From the IMG/VR virus record IMGVR_UViG_2879765931_000005: a stretch of 36,219 nt of DNA, one strand, 5' to 3'. The DNA is from a virus (Duplodnaviria; Heunggongvirae; Uroviricota; Caudoviricetes). A model generated the notes under the pieces. The model did not search any database. It saw only the letters and a list, made by a program, of their open reading frames with translations, and had not been told where the DNA came from. The position numbers and the translations under genes are program-made. The first letter of the stretch is position 1, and each line of letters opens with the position of its first letter. Positions 19,851 through 28,361 of the stretch are shown in pieces.

Positions 19851-21558
19851 TGTACCGCTGAGTCTGAAATCTGTCAGTGACTCCGGTGAGTTTGAAGGGC
19901 ATGGCTCCGTCTTTGGTGTAAAGGACAGCCACGATGATGTGGTGATGTCCGGGGCATTTGCTGCTTCCCTGCGGGCGTGGAGTGACAGAAAAGCGTTACC
20001 TGCGCTGCTCTGGCAGCACCGCATGGATGAACCCATCGGTGTTTACACCGAAATGAAGGAAGACGATGTCGGGCTTTACGTCAGGGGACGGTTGCTTATT
20101 GATGATGATCCCCTCGCAAAACGTGCACATGCACACATGAAGGCCGGTTCGTTAACCGGCCTTTCTATTGGGTACGTCCTGAAAGACTGGGAATACGACC
20201 GGAGCAAAGAAGCCTTTCTGCTGAAAGAAATCGACCTCTGGGAAGTCAGTCTGGTGACGTTCCCGTCTAACGACGAGGCGCGGATCAGCGACGTCAAGAA
20301 CGCACTGGCCCGCGGGGAAATCCCCGAACAGAAAAAAATCGAAAGAGTCCTGCGTGATGTCGGACTCTCCCGTACCCAGGCCAAAGCATTCATGGCCGGG
20401 GGCTATGGCGCACTGTCCCTGCGCGACGCTGAGGATGTGGGCTCTGCACTGAACGGAGAAGTGGAAACCCTCAACGGAAAACTGACTGAACTGGAAAATC
20501 TCAAAAGCGATCTTGAGGCTGAGCTGGCTGAAGTTAAGCGTCCGGCAGGTGGTACGCAAAATAAAGTTGCCGGGGAACATAAAGAAGCGTTTATCGGTTT
20601 TATGCGCAAGGGGCGTGAAGATGGCCTGCGTGAGCTTGAGCGAAAGGCACTGCAGGTGGGTAATGATGAAGATGGTGGTTATGCCATTCCGGAAGAACTG
20701 GATCGCACCATTCTGACGTTGCTGAAAGATGAAGTGGTGATGCGCCAGGAGGCCACCGTAATCACTCTGGGTGGCTCGGATTATAAAAAACTGGTGAATC
20801 TGGGCGGCACGACGTCCGGATGGGTGGGGGAAACGGAAGCGCGTCCGGAAACCGCCACCTCAAAACTGGGACTGATTGAGCCCTTTATGGGGGAAATCTA
20901 CGGCAACCCGCAGGCCACACAGAAAATGCTCGATGATGCTTTCTTTAATGTGGAAGACTGGATCAACAGTGAGCTGGCGCTGGAATTTGCCGAACAGGAA
21001 GAAATTGCCTTTACCAGTGGCGACGGTAGCAAAAAACCAAAAGGTTTTCTGGCTTATGAGTCCACCGATGAAGATGACAAGACCCGTGCGTTTGGCAAAC
21101 TTCAGCACATTGCTTCCGGCGCGGCTTCCGGCGTGACCGCTGATGCGATCATTAAACTGATTTACACCTTGCGTAAGGCGCACCGCAGCGGCGCGAAGTT
21201 CATGATGAACAACAGCAGCCTGTTTGCCATTCGTCTGCTGAAGGATAACGACGGAAATTATTTGTGGCGTCCGGGTATTGAGCTGGGTCAGCCTTCTTCT
21301 CTGGCAGGGTATGGCATCGTTGAGAATGAGCAGATGCCGGATATTGCCGCCGATGCAAAAGCCATTGCGTTTGGTAACTTCAAATGCGGCTATACCATCG
21401 TTGATCGCATCGGTACCCGTATCCTGCGTGACCCGTACACCAACAAACCGTTCGTGGGTTTTTATACCACCAAGCGAACCGGCGGTATGCTGGTGGATTC
21501 TCAGGCGATTAAGCTGATGAAAATTGGGGCTGCAACCCGCCAGAAAGCCGCTGCGTAA
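19828..21558 (+). CDS. Prohead protease - major capsid protein fusion (HK97-like)
   Basis: N-terminal ~190 aa resembles HK97 gp4-type prohead protease, coiled-coil linker, C-terminal ~300 aa major capsid fold; start chosen at MQTKQRLD (SD AAGGA), overlapping the portal 3' end. Confidence 0.75.
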   Translation: MQTKQRLDVPLSLKSVSDSGEFEGHGSVFGVKDSHDDVVMSGAFAASLRAWSDRKALPALLWQHRMDEPIGVYTEMKEDDVGLYVRGRLLIDDDPLAKRAHAHMKAGSLTGLSIGYVLKDWEYDRSKEAFLLKEIDLWEVSLVTFPSNDEARISDVKNALARGEIPEQKKIERVLRDVGLSRTQAKAFMAGGYGALSLRDAEDVGSALNGEVETLNGKLTELENLKSDLEAELAEVKRPAGGTQNKVAGEHKEAFIGFMRKGREDGLRELERKALQVGNDEDGGYAIPEELDRTILTLLKDEVVMRQEATVITLGGSDYKKLVNLGGTTSGWVGETEARPETATSKLGLIEPFMGEIYGNPQATQKMLDDAFFNVEDWINSELALEFAEQEEIAFTSGDGSKKPKGFLAYESTDEDDKTRAFGKLQHIASGAASGVTADAIIKLIYTLRKAHRSGAKFMMNNSSLFAIRLLKDNDGNYLWRPGIELGQPSSLAGYGIVENEQMPDIAADAKAIAFGNFKCGYTIVDRIGTRILRDPYTNKPFVGFYTTKRTGGMLVDSQAIKLMKIGAATRQKAAA

Positions 21559-21569
21559 TGCGGTTTTTT

Positions 21570-21591
21570 GTGCCCGCGTAATCGCGGGCAC
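21570..21591 (+). other. Perfect 9-bp stem-loop GTGCCCGCG-TAAT-CGCGGGCAC after the capsid gene (mRNA stabiliser or weak terminator)
   Basis: Inverted repeat preceded by a T-run, followed by the RBS of the next gene. Confidence 0.35.
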
Positions 21592-21602
21592 AGGAGGAAA
21601 AT

Positions 21603-21926
21603 ATGCTCCTGAAAGAAGAGGAGATTAAATCTCATCTCCGGCTCGATGATGGTTTGTACAGTGACGGCGATTTTCTGAAACTGCTGGCACAGGCGGTACA
21701 GAAAAAAACAGAGACATACCTGAACAGGAAGTTGTATGCACCGGAAGAGACGATTCCGGAAGATGATCCTGACGGGATGCATCTGACTGATGACGTTCGT
21801 CTGGCAATGCTGATGCTGGTCAGTCATTTTTATGAAAATCGCTCAACGATTACCGATGTGGAGAAACTGGAAACGCCAATGAGTTTCAGATGGCTTGCTG
21901 GCCCTTACAGGATTGTCCCGCTATGA
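21603..21926 (+). CDS. Head-tail connector protein (gp6-like)
   Basis: 107 aa; position after capsid gene; SD AGGAGGAAAA. Confidence 0.6.
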   Translation: MLLKEEEIKSHLRLDDGLYSDGDFLKLLAQAVQKKTETYLNRKLYAPEETIPEDDPDGMHLTDDVRLAMLMLVSHFYENRSTITDVEKLETPMSFRWLAGPYRIVPL

Positions 21927-22229
21927 AAATCAGGCAAAGTCAGACCAGTGCCACTTACCTTTTACCGGATCCCGGAGAGCTGAATCGCCGGATAAAGATC
22001 CGCCTTCGTGTGGATGAACCCACCGCTGATTTTGGTACGGAGCCAACGTATCCGGAGTCGTTTGATGTCTGGGCAAAGGTGGCTCAGCCAGGCGCTGCCG
22101 CTTATCAGGGCTCAGTGCAGACAGAAAATATCGTTACGCATTATTTTACGATCCGTTTCCGGCACGACATCACGGCAGATCACGAAGTGAGGTGTACTGG
22201 CAATAGCGGACACTACCATTTGTTCTTTT

Positions 22230-23048
22230 TTAAGCAGCCATCTGATGATATTTTTCCCTGAAGGCTGCCGGGGAGATATTCCCCAGACGAGAGTGACGAC
22301 GCTGACGATTGTAGAAAATCTCAATGTATTCCCGTATTACTGAGATGGCTTCATCCCGGTTATTAAAACGATAGTGGCTCAGGCTCTCATTTTTCAGCGT
22401 TCCCCAGAAGCTTTCCATCGGAGCGTTGTCGTAACAGTTACCTTTACGCGACATTGATGTTTGCAGACCAAACTGCTCCTGTATGACCCGGTAATCGTAT
22501 GCGCAGTACTGTGAACCTCGATCAGAGTGGTGGATTAGCCCGGCAGGTGGGCGCTGGCTCCTGAGCGCCATAAACAGGGCTTTACCTGTCAGCTCTTTTG
22601 TCATGCGCTCTCCCATGGCGTAGCCGACAATTTCACACGTATAAACATCTTTGATGCCGGCGAGATACAGCCATCCTTCCCGGGTGGCAACATACGTCAG
22701 GTCCGCCACCCAGACCTGATTTGGTGCTGTAGGAGCGAACGTCTGGTTCAGCAGATTTGGCGCAACTGGCAGATTGTGGTTCGGGTTCGTAGTTGCTCTG
22801 AACTTGCGTTTCTGCTTACAGCGTAGCCTCAGCTCCTTACGAAGACGTGCCAGTCGGTCACGACCAACGATGATGCCATTCTCTGCCAGCTCCGTCTGGA
22901 GCCGCCGGGTTCCATATGTTTCGCGAGTGCGGATATGTGCCACCTTAATCTCCAGTTTTAGCCGCTCATCACTTTGTTTTCTGTCTGAGGGTTCATGCTG
23001 TACCCAGTTGTAATAACCGCTCCTGGATACACCAAATACCTGACACAT
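22230..23048 (-). CDS. IS600 OrfB (copy 2)
   Basis: 272 aa; differs from copy 1 at a few residues (Q/R, S/F, K/Q). Confidence 0.9.
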   Translation of the reverse strand: MCQVFGVSRSGYYNWVQHEPSDRKQSDERLKLEIKVAHIRTRETYGTRRLQTELAENGIIVGRDRLARLRKELRLRCKQKRKFRATTNPNHNLPVAPNLLNQTFAPTAPNQVWVADLTYVATREGWLYLAGIKDVYTCEIVGYAMGERMTKELTGKALFMALRSQRPPAGLIHHSDRGSQYCAYDYRVIQEQFGLQTSMSRKGNCYDNAPMESFWGTLKNESLSHYRFNNRDEAISVIREYIEIFYNRQRRHSRLGNISPAAFREKYHQMAA

Positions 23049-23083
23049 CGCTTCAATGGGAAATTGTTGTCGCCATTGTTCGA

Positions 23084-23386
23084 TTAACGCGTATTTTTCA
23101 GCGACTCCTGTGCAAAATACGCTGTTGCTTTTTTTAATATATCTCGCTCAAGGCGAGCTTCATTTAACGCCTTACGCAGTTGCAGAATTTCAGATTCCAG
23201 TTCAGCCACCGTGCGGGAACCAGGAGTACCGAGCCCTTTTCTGGCGGCGGTAACCCATTGTCCTAAAGTGCCTTCAGGAAGAGATAATCGGGAAGCGCCT
23301 TCACTGATCGAAAGTTGATTTTCAAGAACCGTTCTGACAGCTTCGGCTTTGAACTCTTTAGAGTAACGTTGGGTTTTTCTGCTCAT
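23084..23386 (-). CDS. IS600 OrfA (copy 2)
   Basis: Identical 100-aa OrfA. Confidence 0.9.
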   Translation of the reverse strand: MSRKTQRYSKEFKAEAVRTVLENQLSISEGASRLSLPEGTLGQWVTAARKGLGTPGSRTVAELESEILQLRKALNEARLERDILKKATAYFAQESLKNTR

Positions 23387-23570
23387 TATTAGCTCCTTCT
23401 GATGCCATTCTATTTCAGGAAGGAGTGTCCGTTAAACTCAGGCTACCTCAAAGTGGTTTATTACGGCCAAGAGTACCGGATCCGGCGAATACGTGACCTG
23501 AACGGTCAGCGGCGTTTTTTATTACTGGAATGTGAAGAACTGCGTACAGCGCGACGACGGGGTGAATGCC

Positions 23571-24095
23571 ATGAATCAGACAGCATTTTTACACGTCGAC
23601 TTTAAACAACCAGAGGAGCTGGAGTTTAATCGCGCCCGTCTGCGTCGGGCGTTTGTGCAAATCGGGCGCGTTTACATGCGTGATGCCAGACGTCTGGTGA
23701 TTAAACGCGGACGCTCCGGTCCGGGAGAGAACCCGGGATATCAGACCGGGCGTCTGGCCCGCTCCATTGGTTATTACGTTCCCAAAAAAACGACGCGTCG
23801 CCCCGGACTGATGGTGAAAATTTCCCCTGACCAGAAAAACGGGCAGGGGAATCGCCGTTTTCCTGAAGGTGCTCCTTATTATCCGGCGTTTCTGTATTAC
23901 GGCGTTCGCCATTCAGCGTATGGAATGGATAAAAAGGATAAGCGGCAGAAGAAGCACCATTCTTCGACTTTCCGGCTGGCCCCGCGTAATAACTTTATGG
24001 CTGACGTTATTGAGCGTCGGCGTCACTGGACGCAGGAACTGTTGTCCCGTGAGCTGCAGCGTTCGTTACGTCCGGTAAAAAGGAAGCATAAATGA
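23571..24095 (+). CDS. Phage head-tail joining / virion morphogenesis protein (HK97 gp10-like or Mu gp36-like)
   Basis: 174 aa from MNQTAFLHVDF...; position between head closure and gp37-like genes; basic C-terminus. Confidence 0.45.
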   Translation: MNQTAFLHVDFKQPEELEFNRARLRRAFVQIGRVYMRDARRLVIKRGRSGPGENPGYQTGRLARSIGYYVPKKTTRRPGLMVKISPDQKNGQGNRRFPEGAPYYPAFLYYGVRHSAYGMDKKDKRQKKHHSSTFRLAPRNNFMADVIERRRHWTQELLSRELQRSLRPVKRKHK

Positions 24096-24381
24096 AACTG
24101 ACAACGATAATTGCGGCACTGCGTGAGCGATGCCCGCGTTTTGAGGAGCGTGTTGGTGGCGCGGCGCAGTTTAAGGCGATCCCTGATGCCGGAAAACTTC
24201 GCCTGCCTGCTGCCTATGTGGTTCCCTCTGACGATGCGCCGGGGGAACAAAAATCACAGACCGATTACTGGCAGGATTTGACTGAAGGCTTCTCCGTGAT
24301 TGTGGTGCTCAGCAATGTGAGGTAGCCTGAGTTTAACGGACACTCCTTCCTGAAATAGAATGGCATCAGAAGGAGCTAATA

Positions 24382-24684
24382 ATGAGCAGAAAAACCCAAC
24401 GTTACTCTAAAGAGTTCAAAGCCGAAGCTGTCAGAACGGTTCTTGAAAATCAACTTTCGATCAGTGAAGGCGCTTCCCGATTATCTCTTCCTGAAGGCAC
24501 TTTAGGACAATGGGTTACCGCCGCCAGAAAAGGGCTCGGTACTCCTGGTTCCCGCACGGTGGCTGAACTGGAATCTGAAATTCTGCAACTGCGTAAGGCG
24601 TTAAATGAAGCTCGCCTTGAGCGAGATATATTAAAAAAAGCAACAGCGTATTTTGCACAGGAGTCGCTGAAAAATACGCGTTAA
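24382..24684 (+). CDS. IS600 OrfA (copy 3)
   Basis: Identical 100-aa OrfA. Confidence 0.9.
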   Translation: MSRKTQRYSKEFKAEAVRTVLENQLSISEGASRLSLPEGTLGQWVTAARKGLGTPGSRTVAELESEILQLRKALNEARLERDILKKATAYFAQESLKNTR

Positions 24685-24719
24685 TCGAACAATGGCGACA
24701 ACAATTTCCCATTGAAGCG

Positions 24720-25538
24720 ATGTGTCAGGTATTTGGTGTATCCAGGAGCGGTTATTACAACTGGGTACAGCATGAACCCTCAGACAGAAAACAAAGTGAT
24801 GAGCGGCTAAAACCGGAGATTAAGGTGGCACATATCCGCACTCGCGAAACATATGGAACCCGGCGGCTCCAGACGGAGCTGGCAGAGAATGGCATCATCG
24901 TTGGTCGTGACCGACTGGCACGTCTTCGTAAGGAGCTGAGGCTACGCTGTAAGCAGAAACGCAAGTTCAGAGCGACTACGAACCCGAACCACAATCTGCC
25001 AGTTGCGCCAAATCTGCTGAACCAGACGTTCGCTCCTACAGCACCAAATCAGGTCTGGGTGGCGGACCTGACGTATGTTGCCACACAGGAGGGATGGTTG
25101 TACCTCGCTGGCATCAAAGATGTTTATACGTGCGAAATTGTCGGCTACGCCATGGGAGAGCGCATGACAAAAGAGCTGACAGGTAAAGCCCTGTTTATGG
25201 CGCTCAGGAGCCAGCGCCCACCTGCCGGGCTAATCCACCACTCTGATCGAGGTTCACAGTACTGCGCATACGATTACCGGGTCATACAGGAGCAGTCTGG
25301 TCTGAAAACATCAATGTCGCGTAAAGGTAACTGTTACGACAACGCTCCGATGGAAAGCTTCTGGGGAACGCTGAAAAATGAGAGCCTGAGCCACTATCGT
25401 TTTAATAACCGGGATGAAGCCATCTCAGTAATACGGGAATACATTGAGATTTTCTACAATCGTCAGCGTCGTCACTCTCGTCTGGGGAATATCTCCCCGG
25501 CAGCCTTCAGGGAAAAATATCATCAGATGGCTGCTTAA
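24720..25538 (+). CDS. IS600 OrfB (copy 3)
   Basis: 272 aa; one substitution relative to copy 1 (L/P). Confidence 0.9.
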   Translation: MCQVFGVSRSGYYNWVQHEPSDRKQSDERLKPEIKVAHIRTRETYGTRRLQTELAENGIIVGRDRLARLRKELRLRCKQKRKFRATTNPNHNLPVAPNLLNQTFAPTAPNQVWVADLTYVATQEGWLYLAGIKDVYTCEIVGYAMGERMTKELTGKALFMALRSQRPPAGLIHHSDRGSQYCAYDYRVIQEQSGLKTSMSRKGNCYDNAPMESFWGTLKNESLSHYRFNNRDEAISVIREYIEIFYNRQRRHSRLGNISPAAFREKYHQMAA

Positions 25539-25931
25539 AAAAAGAATAAATGGTAGTGTCCGCTATTGCCAGTACACCTCAATGAGCGTGATGAAAAAGG
25601 GCAGTGGGCAGCCTATGACGCCGTTCATGATGTCCGGAGAGAACTCTGGAAAGCCCTGCTTGGATGGATGCCGGACCCGCAAGGGGGCGAGATTGTTTAT
25701 GTCGGTGGCACCCTGCTGGATCTGAACCGTTACGAACTGTATTACCAGTTTGATTTTACGGCGAAGTATGAAATCACGGAAGAAGACACGCGACAGGCAG
25801 AGGACGTGAATGCCCTGCCGGATTTATCCCTGCTGAGTATTGATGTGGATTACATCGATCCTGGTACTGGCCCGGATGGTGACATTGAGCACCATCTGGA
25901 AATGCGTTTCCCTCAGAATTAAGAGTCCCTC

Positions 25932-26093
25932 ATGTTTGTGAAACCCCTGAAAGGGCGGTCGGTTCCTGACCCTGCCCGTGGAGACCTTTTGCCTTCCGAA
26001 GGGCGAAATGTGGAAGAAAGCAGCTACTGGTTCCGCCGTATAGCGGCGGGTGATGTGGTACGTGTTAAACAGGATAAGGCTAAAAAATCATGA
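25932..26093 (+). CDS. Small protein preceding tail sheath (Mu gp38/DUF2635-like)
   Basis: 53-aa ORF MFVKPLKGRSVPDPARGDL...; stop overlaps sheath ATG (ATGA). Confidence 0.45.
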   Translation: MFVKPLKGRSVPDPARGDLLPSEGRNVEESSYWFRRIAAGDVVRVKQDKAKKS

Positions 26094-27586
26094 CGATAAG
26101 TTTTAATACTGTTCCGTCGAATACGCTGGTGCCGTTGTTCTACGCCGAGATGAACAATTCTGCGGCAAATACAGCGGTGACCAGCGCGCCTGCATTACTG
26201 ATCGGGCATGCCAGCAACGATGCAGCCATTGAGGTTAACAGCCTGGTGCTGATGCCATCGGCAGATTATGCCCGCCAGATTTGTGGGGCGGGGAGCCAGC
26301 TGGCGCGTATGGTGGAAGTCTACCGTCAGACAGATCCTTTCGGTGAACTGTATGTTATTGCAGTACCGGAAGCCAGAGGGGCGGCGGCGACGGTCAGGGT
26401 GACGGTTGCCGGAGAAGCAGAGGAAAGCGGCACCCTGAGTCTGTATGTCGGGCGCTCCCGTGTACAGGTGCCTGTGGTGAATGGCGATGATGCCACTGCG
26501 GTTGCCACCGCGATTAAGGAAGCGGTAAACGGGGTTATCACCCTGCCGTTTACGGCGTCATCTGATGCAGGCGTGGTGACGCTGACTGCCCGTCATAAGG
26601 GGCTGTATGGTAATGAGTTACCGGTCTGTCTGAATTATTATGGTTCTGGTGGTGGTGAGATTTTGCCAGCAGGGCTTCGGGTGGTGACGGAAGTCGGTGC
26701 TGCCGGTAGCGGAGCGCCTGATCTTACCGCCGCTGTTGCTGCTATGGGCGATGAGGCATTCGACTTTATCGGTCTGCCGTTCAACGATGCCGCCTCCATC
26801 AATATGATGATGACCGAAATGAATGACAGCAGCGGTCGCTGGAGTTATGCGCGCCAGTTATACGGGCATGTCTATACCGCAAAACTGGGAACGCTGTCAG
26901 AGCTGGTTGGTGCCGGAGATATGCATAATCAGCAACATATCACGCTTGCCGGTTACGAAAAAGAAACCCAGTCGCCTGTCGATGAACTGGTTGCCAGTCG
27001 CCTTGCCCGTGAAGCGGTATTTATCCGGAATGATCCTGCCCGTCCGACACAGACGGGGGAGCTGGTGGGGATGCTTCCGGCACCGAAAGGTAAGCGATTC
27101 ATCATGACAGAGCAGCAGACCCTTTTATCTCACGGCGTGGCGACGGCTTATGTGGAAGGCGGCACGTTGCAGATCCAGCGTTCCGTAACCACCTACAAAA
27201 AGAATGCGTATGGCGTGGCAGACAACAGCTATCTGGACAGTGAAACTCTGCATACCAGTGCATATGTTCTTCGCAAACTGAAATCGGTCATCACAAGCAA
27301 GTACGGACGTCACAAGCTGGCAAATGATGGTACCCGTTTTGGTCCGGGGCAGGCGATTGTCACTCCTGCCGTTATCAAAGGGGAACTTCTGGCGACATAT
27401 CGTCAGATGGAGCGTGCCGGTATTGTGGAAAATTACGATCTGTTTAAACAGTATCTGATAGTTGAGCGTGATGCAGATAACCCGAACCGACTGAATACGC
27501 TGTTCCCGCCGGATTATGTTAATCAGTTACGTGTCTTTGCGGTGGTTAACCAGTTCCGTCTTCAGTATTCAGAGGAGTCAGCATAA
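26090..27586 (+). CDS. Contractile tail sheath protein (Mu gpL-like)
   Basis: 498 aa directly followed by a 118-aa tube protein and a frameshifted chaperone; size and order match Mu L/M. Confidence 0.7.
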   Translation: MTISFNTVPSNTLVPLFYAEMNNSAANTAVTSAPALLIGHASNDAAIEVNSLVLMPSADYARQICGAGSQLARMVEVYRQTDPFGELYVIAVPEARGAAATVRVTVAGEAEESGTLSLYVGRSRVQVPVVNGDDATAVATAIKEAVNGVITLPFTASSDAGVVTLTARHKGLYGNELPVCLNYYGSGGGEILPAGLRVVTEVGAAGSGAPDLTAAVAAMGDEAFDFIGLPFNDAASINMMMTEMNDSSGRWSYARQLYGHVYTAKLGTLSELVGAGDMHNQQHITLAGYEKETQSPVDELVASRLAREAVFIRNDPARPTQTGELVGMLPAPKGKRFIMTEQQTLLSHGVATAYVEGGTLQIQRSVTTYKKNAYGVADNSYLDSETLHTSAYVLRKLKSVITSKYGRHKLANDGTRFGPGQAIVTPAVIKGELLATYRQMERAGIVENYDLFKQYLIVERDADNPNRLNTLFPPDYVNQLRVFAVVNQFRLQYSEESA

Positions 27587-27942
27587 TGGCAAAGATCGCC
27601 GGAACCTGTTTTTTTAAAGTGGATGGTCAGCAGTTATCGCTGACAGGTGGCATTGAAGTGCCGATGAACACCAATGTCCGGGATGACATCGTCGGCATGG
27701 CAGGGGATGTGGATTACAAGGAGACCTGGCGGTCACCTTACGTTAAGGGCACGTTTAAAGTGCCCAAAAACTTTCCGGTCGACAAAATTACCACCTCAGA
27801 CCAGATGACGATTACCGCTGAGCTGGCAAACGGCATGGTGTATGTGCTTTCGGCGGCATGGCTGCACGGAGAGGCTAATCATAATGCCGAAGAAGGCACG
27901 GCAGATCTTGAATTCCACGGCGAAGAGGGAGGGTATCAGTAA
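27586..27942 (+). CDS. Tail tube protein (Mu gpM-like)
   Basis: 118 aa; position between sheath and chaperone. Confidence 0.7.
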   Translation: MAKIAGTCFFKVDGQQLSLTGGIEVPMNTNVRDDIVGMAGDVDYKETWRSPYVKGTFKVPKNFPVDKITTSDQMTITAELANGMVYVLSAAWLHGEANHNAEEGTADLEFHGEEGGYQ

Positions 27943-28277
27943 TGGCAATGAACGTTACAGAAATAGTTTTAAAAAAACCGGTGACAGCGCATAACGAAAT
28001 GCTGCATGTGCTGGAGTTGCGCGAGCCCACGTATGACGAAATCGAGGCGCTGGGTTTTCCTTTCATTATTTCCGGTGAAGGCAGTATTAAACTGGACAGC
28101 CAGGTGGCACTGAAATATATCCCGTTGCTGGCGGGGATCCCGTGTTCATCGGCGGCGCAGATGGCAAAACTGGATATTTTTAAGACCAGCATGCAGATCC
28201 TGCGTTTTTTTACCCAGTCGGAGACGGGAAGCACCTCCGGAAACGACTCTACAATGTTGCCTGGTTCTGGAAACTGA
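27942..28277 (+). CDS. Tail assembly chaperone (short form); -1 frameshift extends to about 28368
   Basis: 111-aa ORF; the -1 frame is open from the T7 slippery site to a TGA overlapping the tape measure start. Confidence 0.65.
   Translation: MAMNVTEIVLKKPVTAHNEMLHVLELREPTYDEIEALGFPFIISGEGSIKLDSQVALKYIPLLAGIPCSSAAQMAKLDIFKTSMQILRFFTQSETGSTSGNDSTMLPGSGN
28205..28211 (+). promoter_or_regulatory. Slippery heptamer T TTT TTT for programmed -1 frameshift of the tail chaperone
   Basis: Seven T in the X XXY YYZ register; downstream -1 frame encodes ..LELRRVAVSQFTELEAEAVRINEEMKHG. Confidence 0.6.
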
Positions 28278-28361
28278 ATCCACTGGAGCTGCGACGGGTG
28301 GCTGTTTCGCAGTTTACAGAACTGGAAGCCGAGGCCGTCCGCATTAACGAGGAGATGAAGC

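Larger units (their letters stand above)
22188..23450 (-). mobile_element. IS600 copy 2 (inverted, 1263 bp with a 1-bp shorter A-tract), 3-bp TSD AAG
   Basis: Reverse-complement ends of IS600; AAG at 22185..22187 and 23451..23453. Confidence 0.9.
21923..23605 (+). pseudogene. Head closure / head-tail adaptor gene interrupted by IS600 copy 2
   Basis: N-part MKIRQSQTSATYLLPDPG...ADHEV, then IS600; C-part VYYGQEYRIRRIRDLNGQRRFLLLECEEL... resumes in frame once IS (1263 bp) and one AAG copy are removed. Confidence 0.7.
24318..25581 (+). mobile_element. IS600 copy 3 (1264 bp), 3-bp TSD ATG
   Basis: Ends TGAGGTAGCC... / ...TACACCTCA; ATG at 24315..24317 and 25582..25584. Confidence 0.9.
24092..25922 (+). 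pseudogene. Mu-like gp37-type tail protein gene interrupted by IS600 copy 3
   Basis: N-part MKLTTIIAALRERCPRFEER...SVIVVLSN, C-part ERDEKGQWAAYDAVHDVRREL...; frame restored when IS600 and one ATG copy are removed. Confidence 0.65.

Noticed and set aside
20860-21591. 243-aa minus-strand ORF inside the capsid gene
   Set aside because: Antisense to the protease-capsid fusion gene; no independent support.
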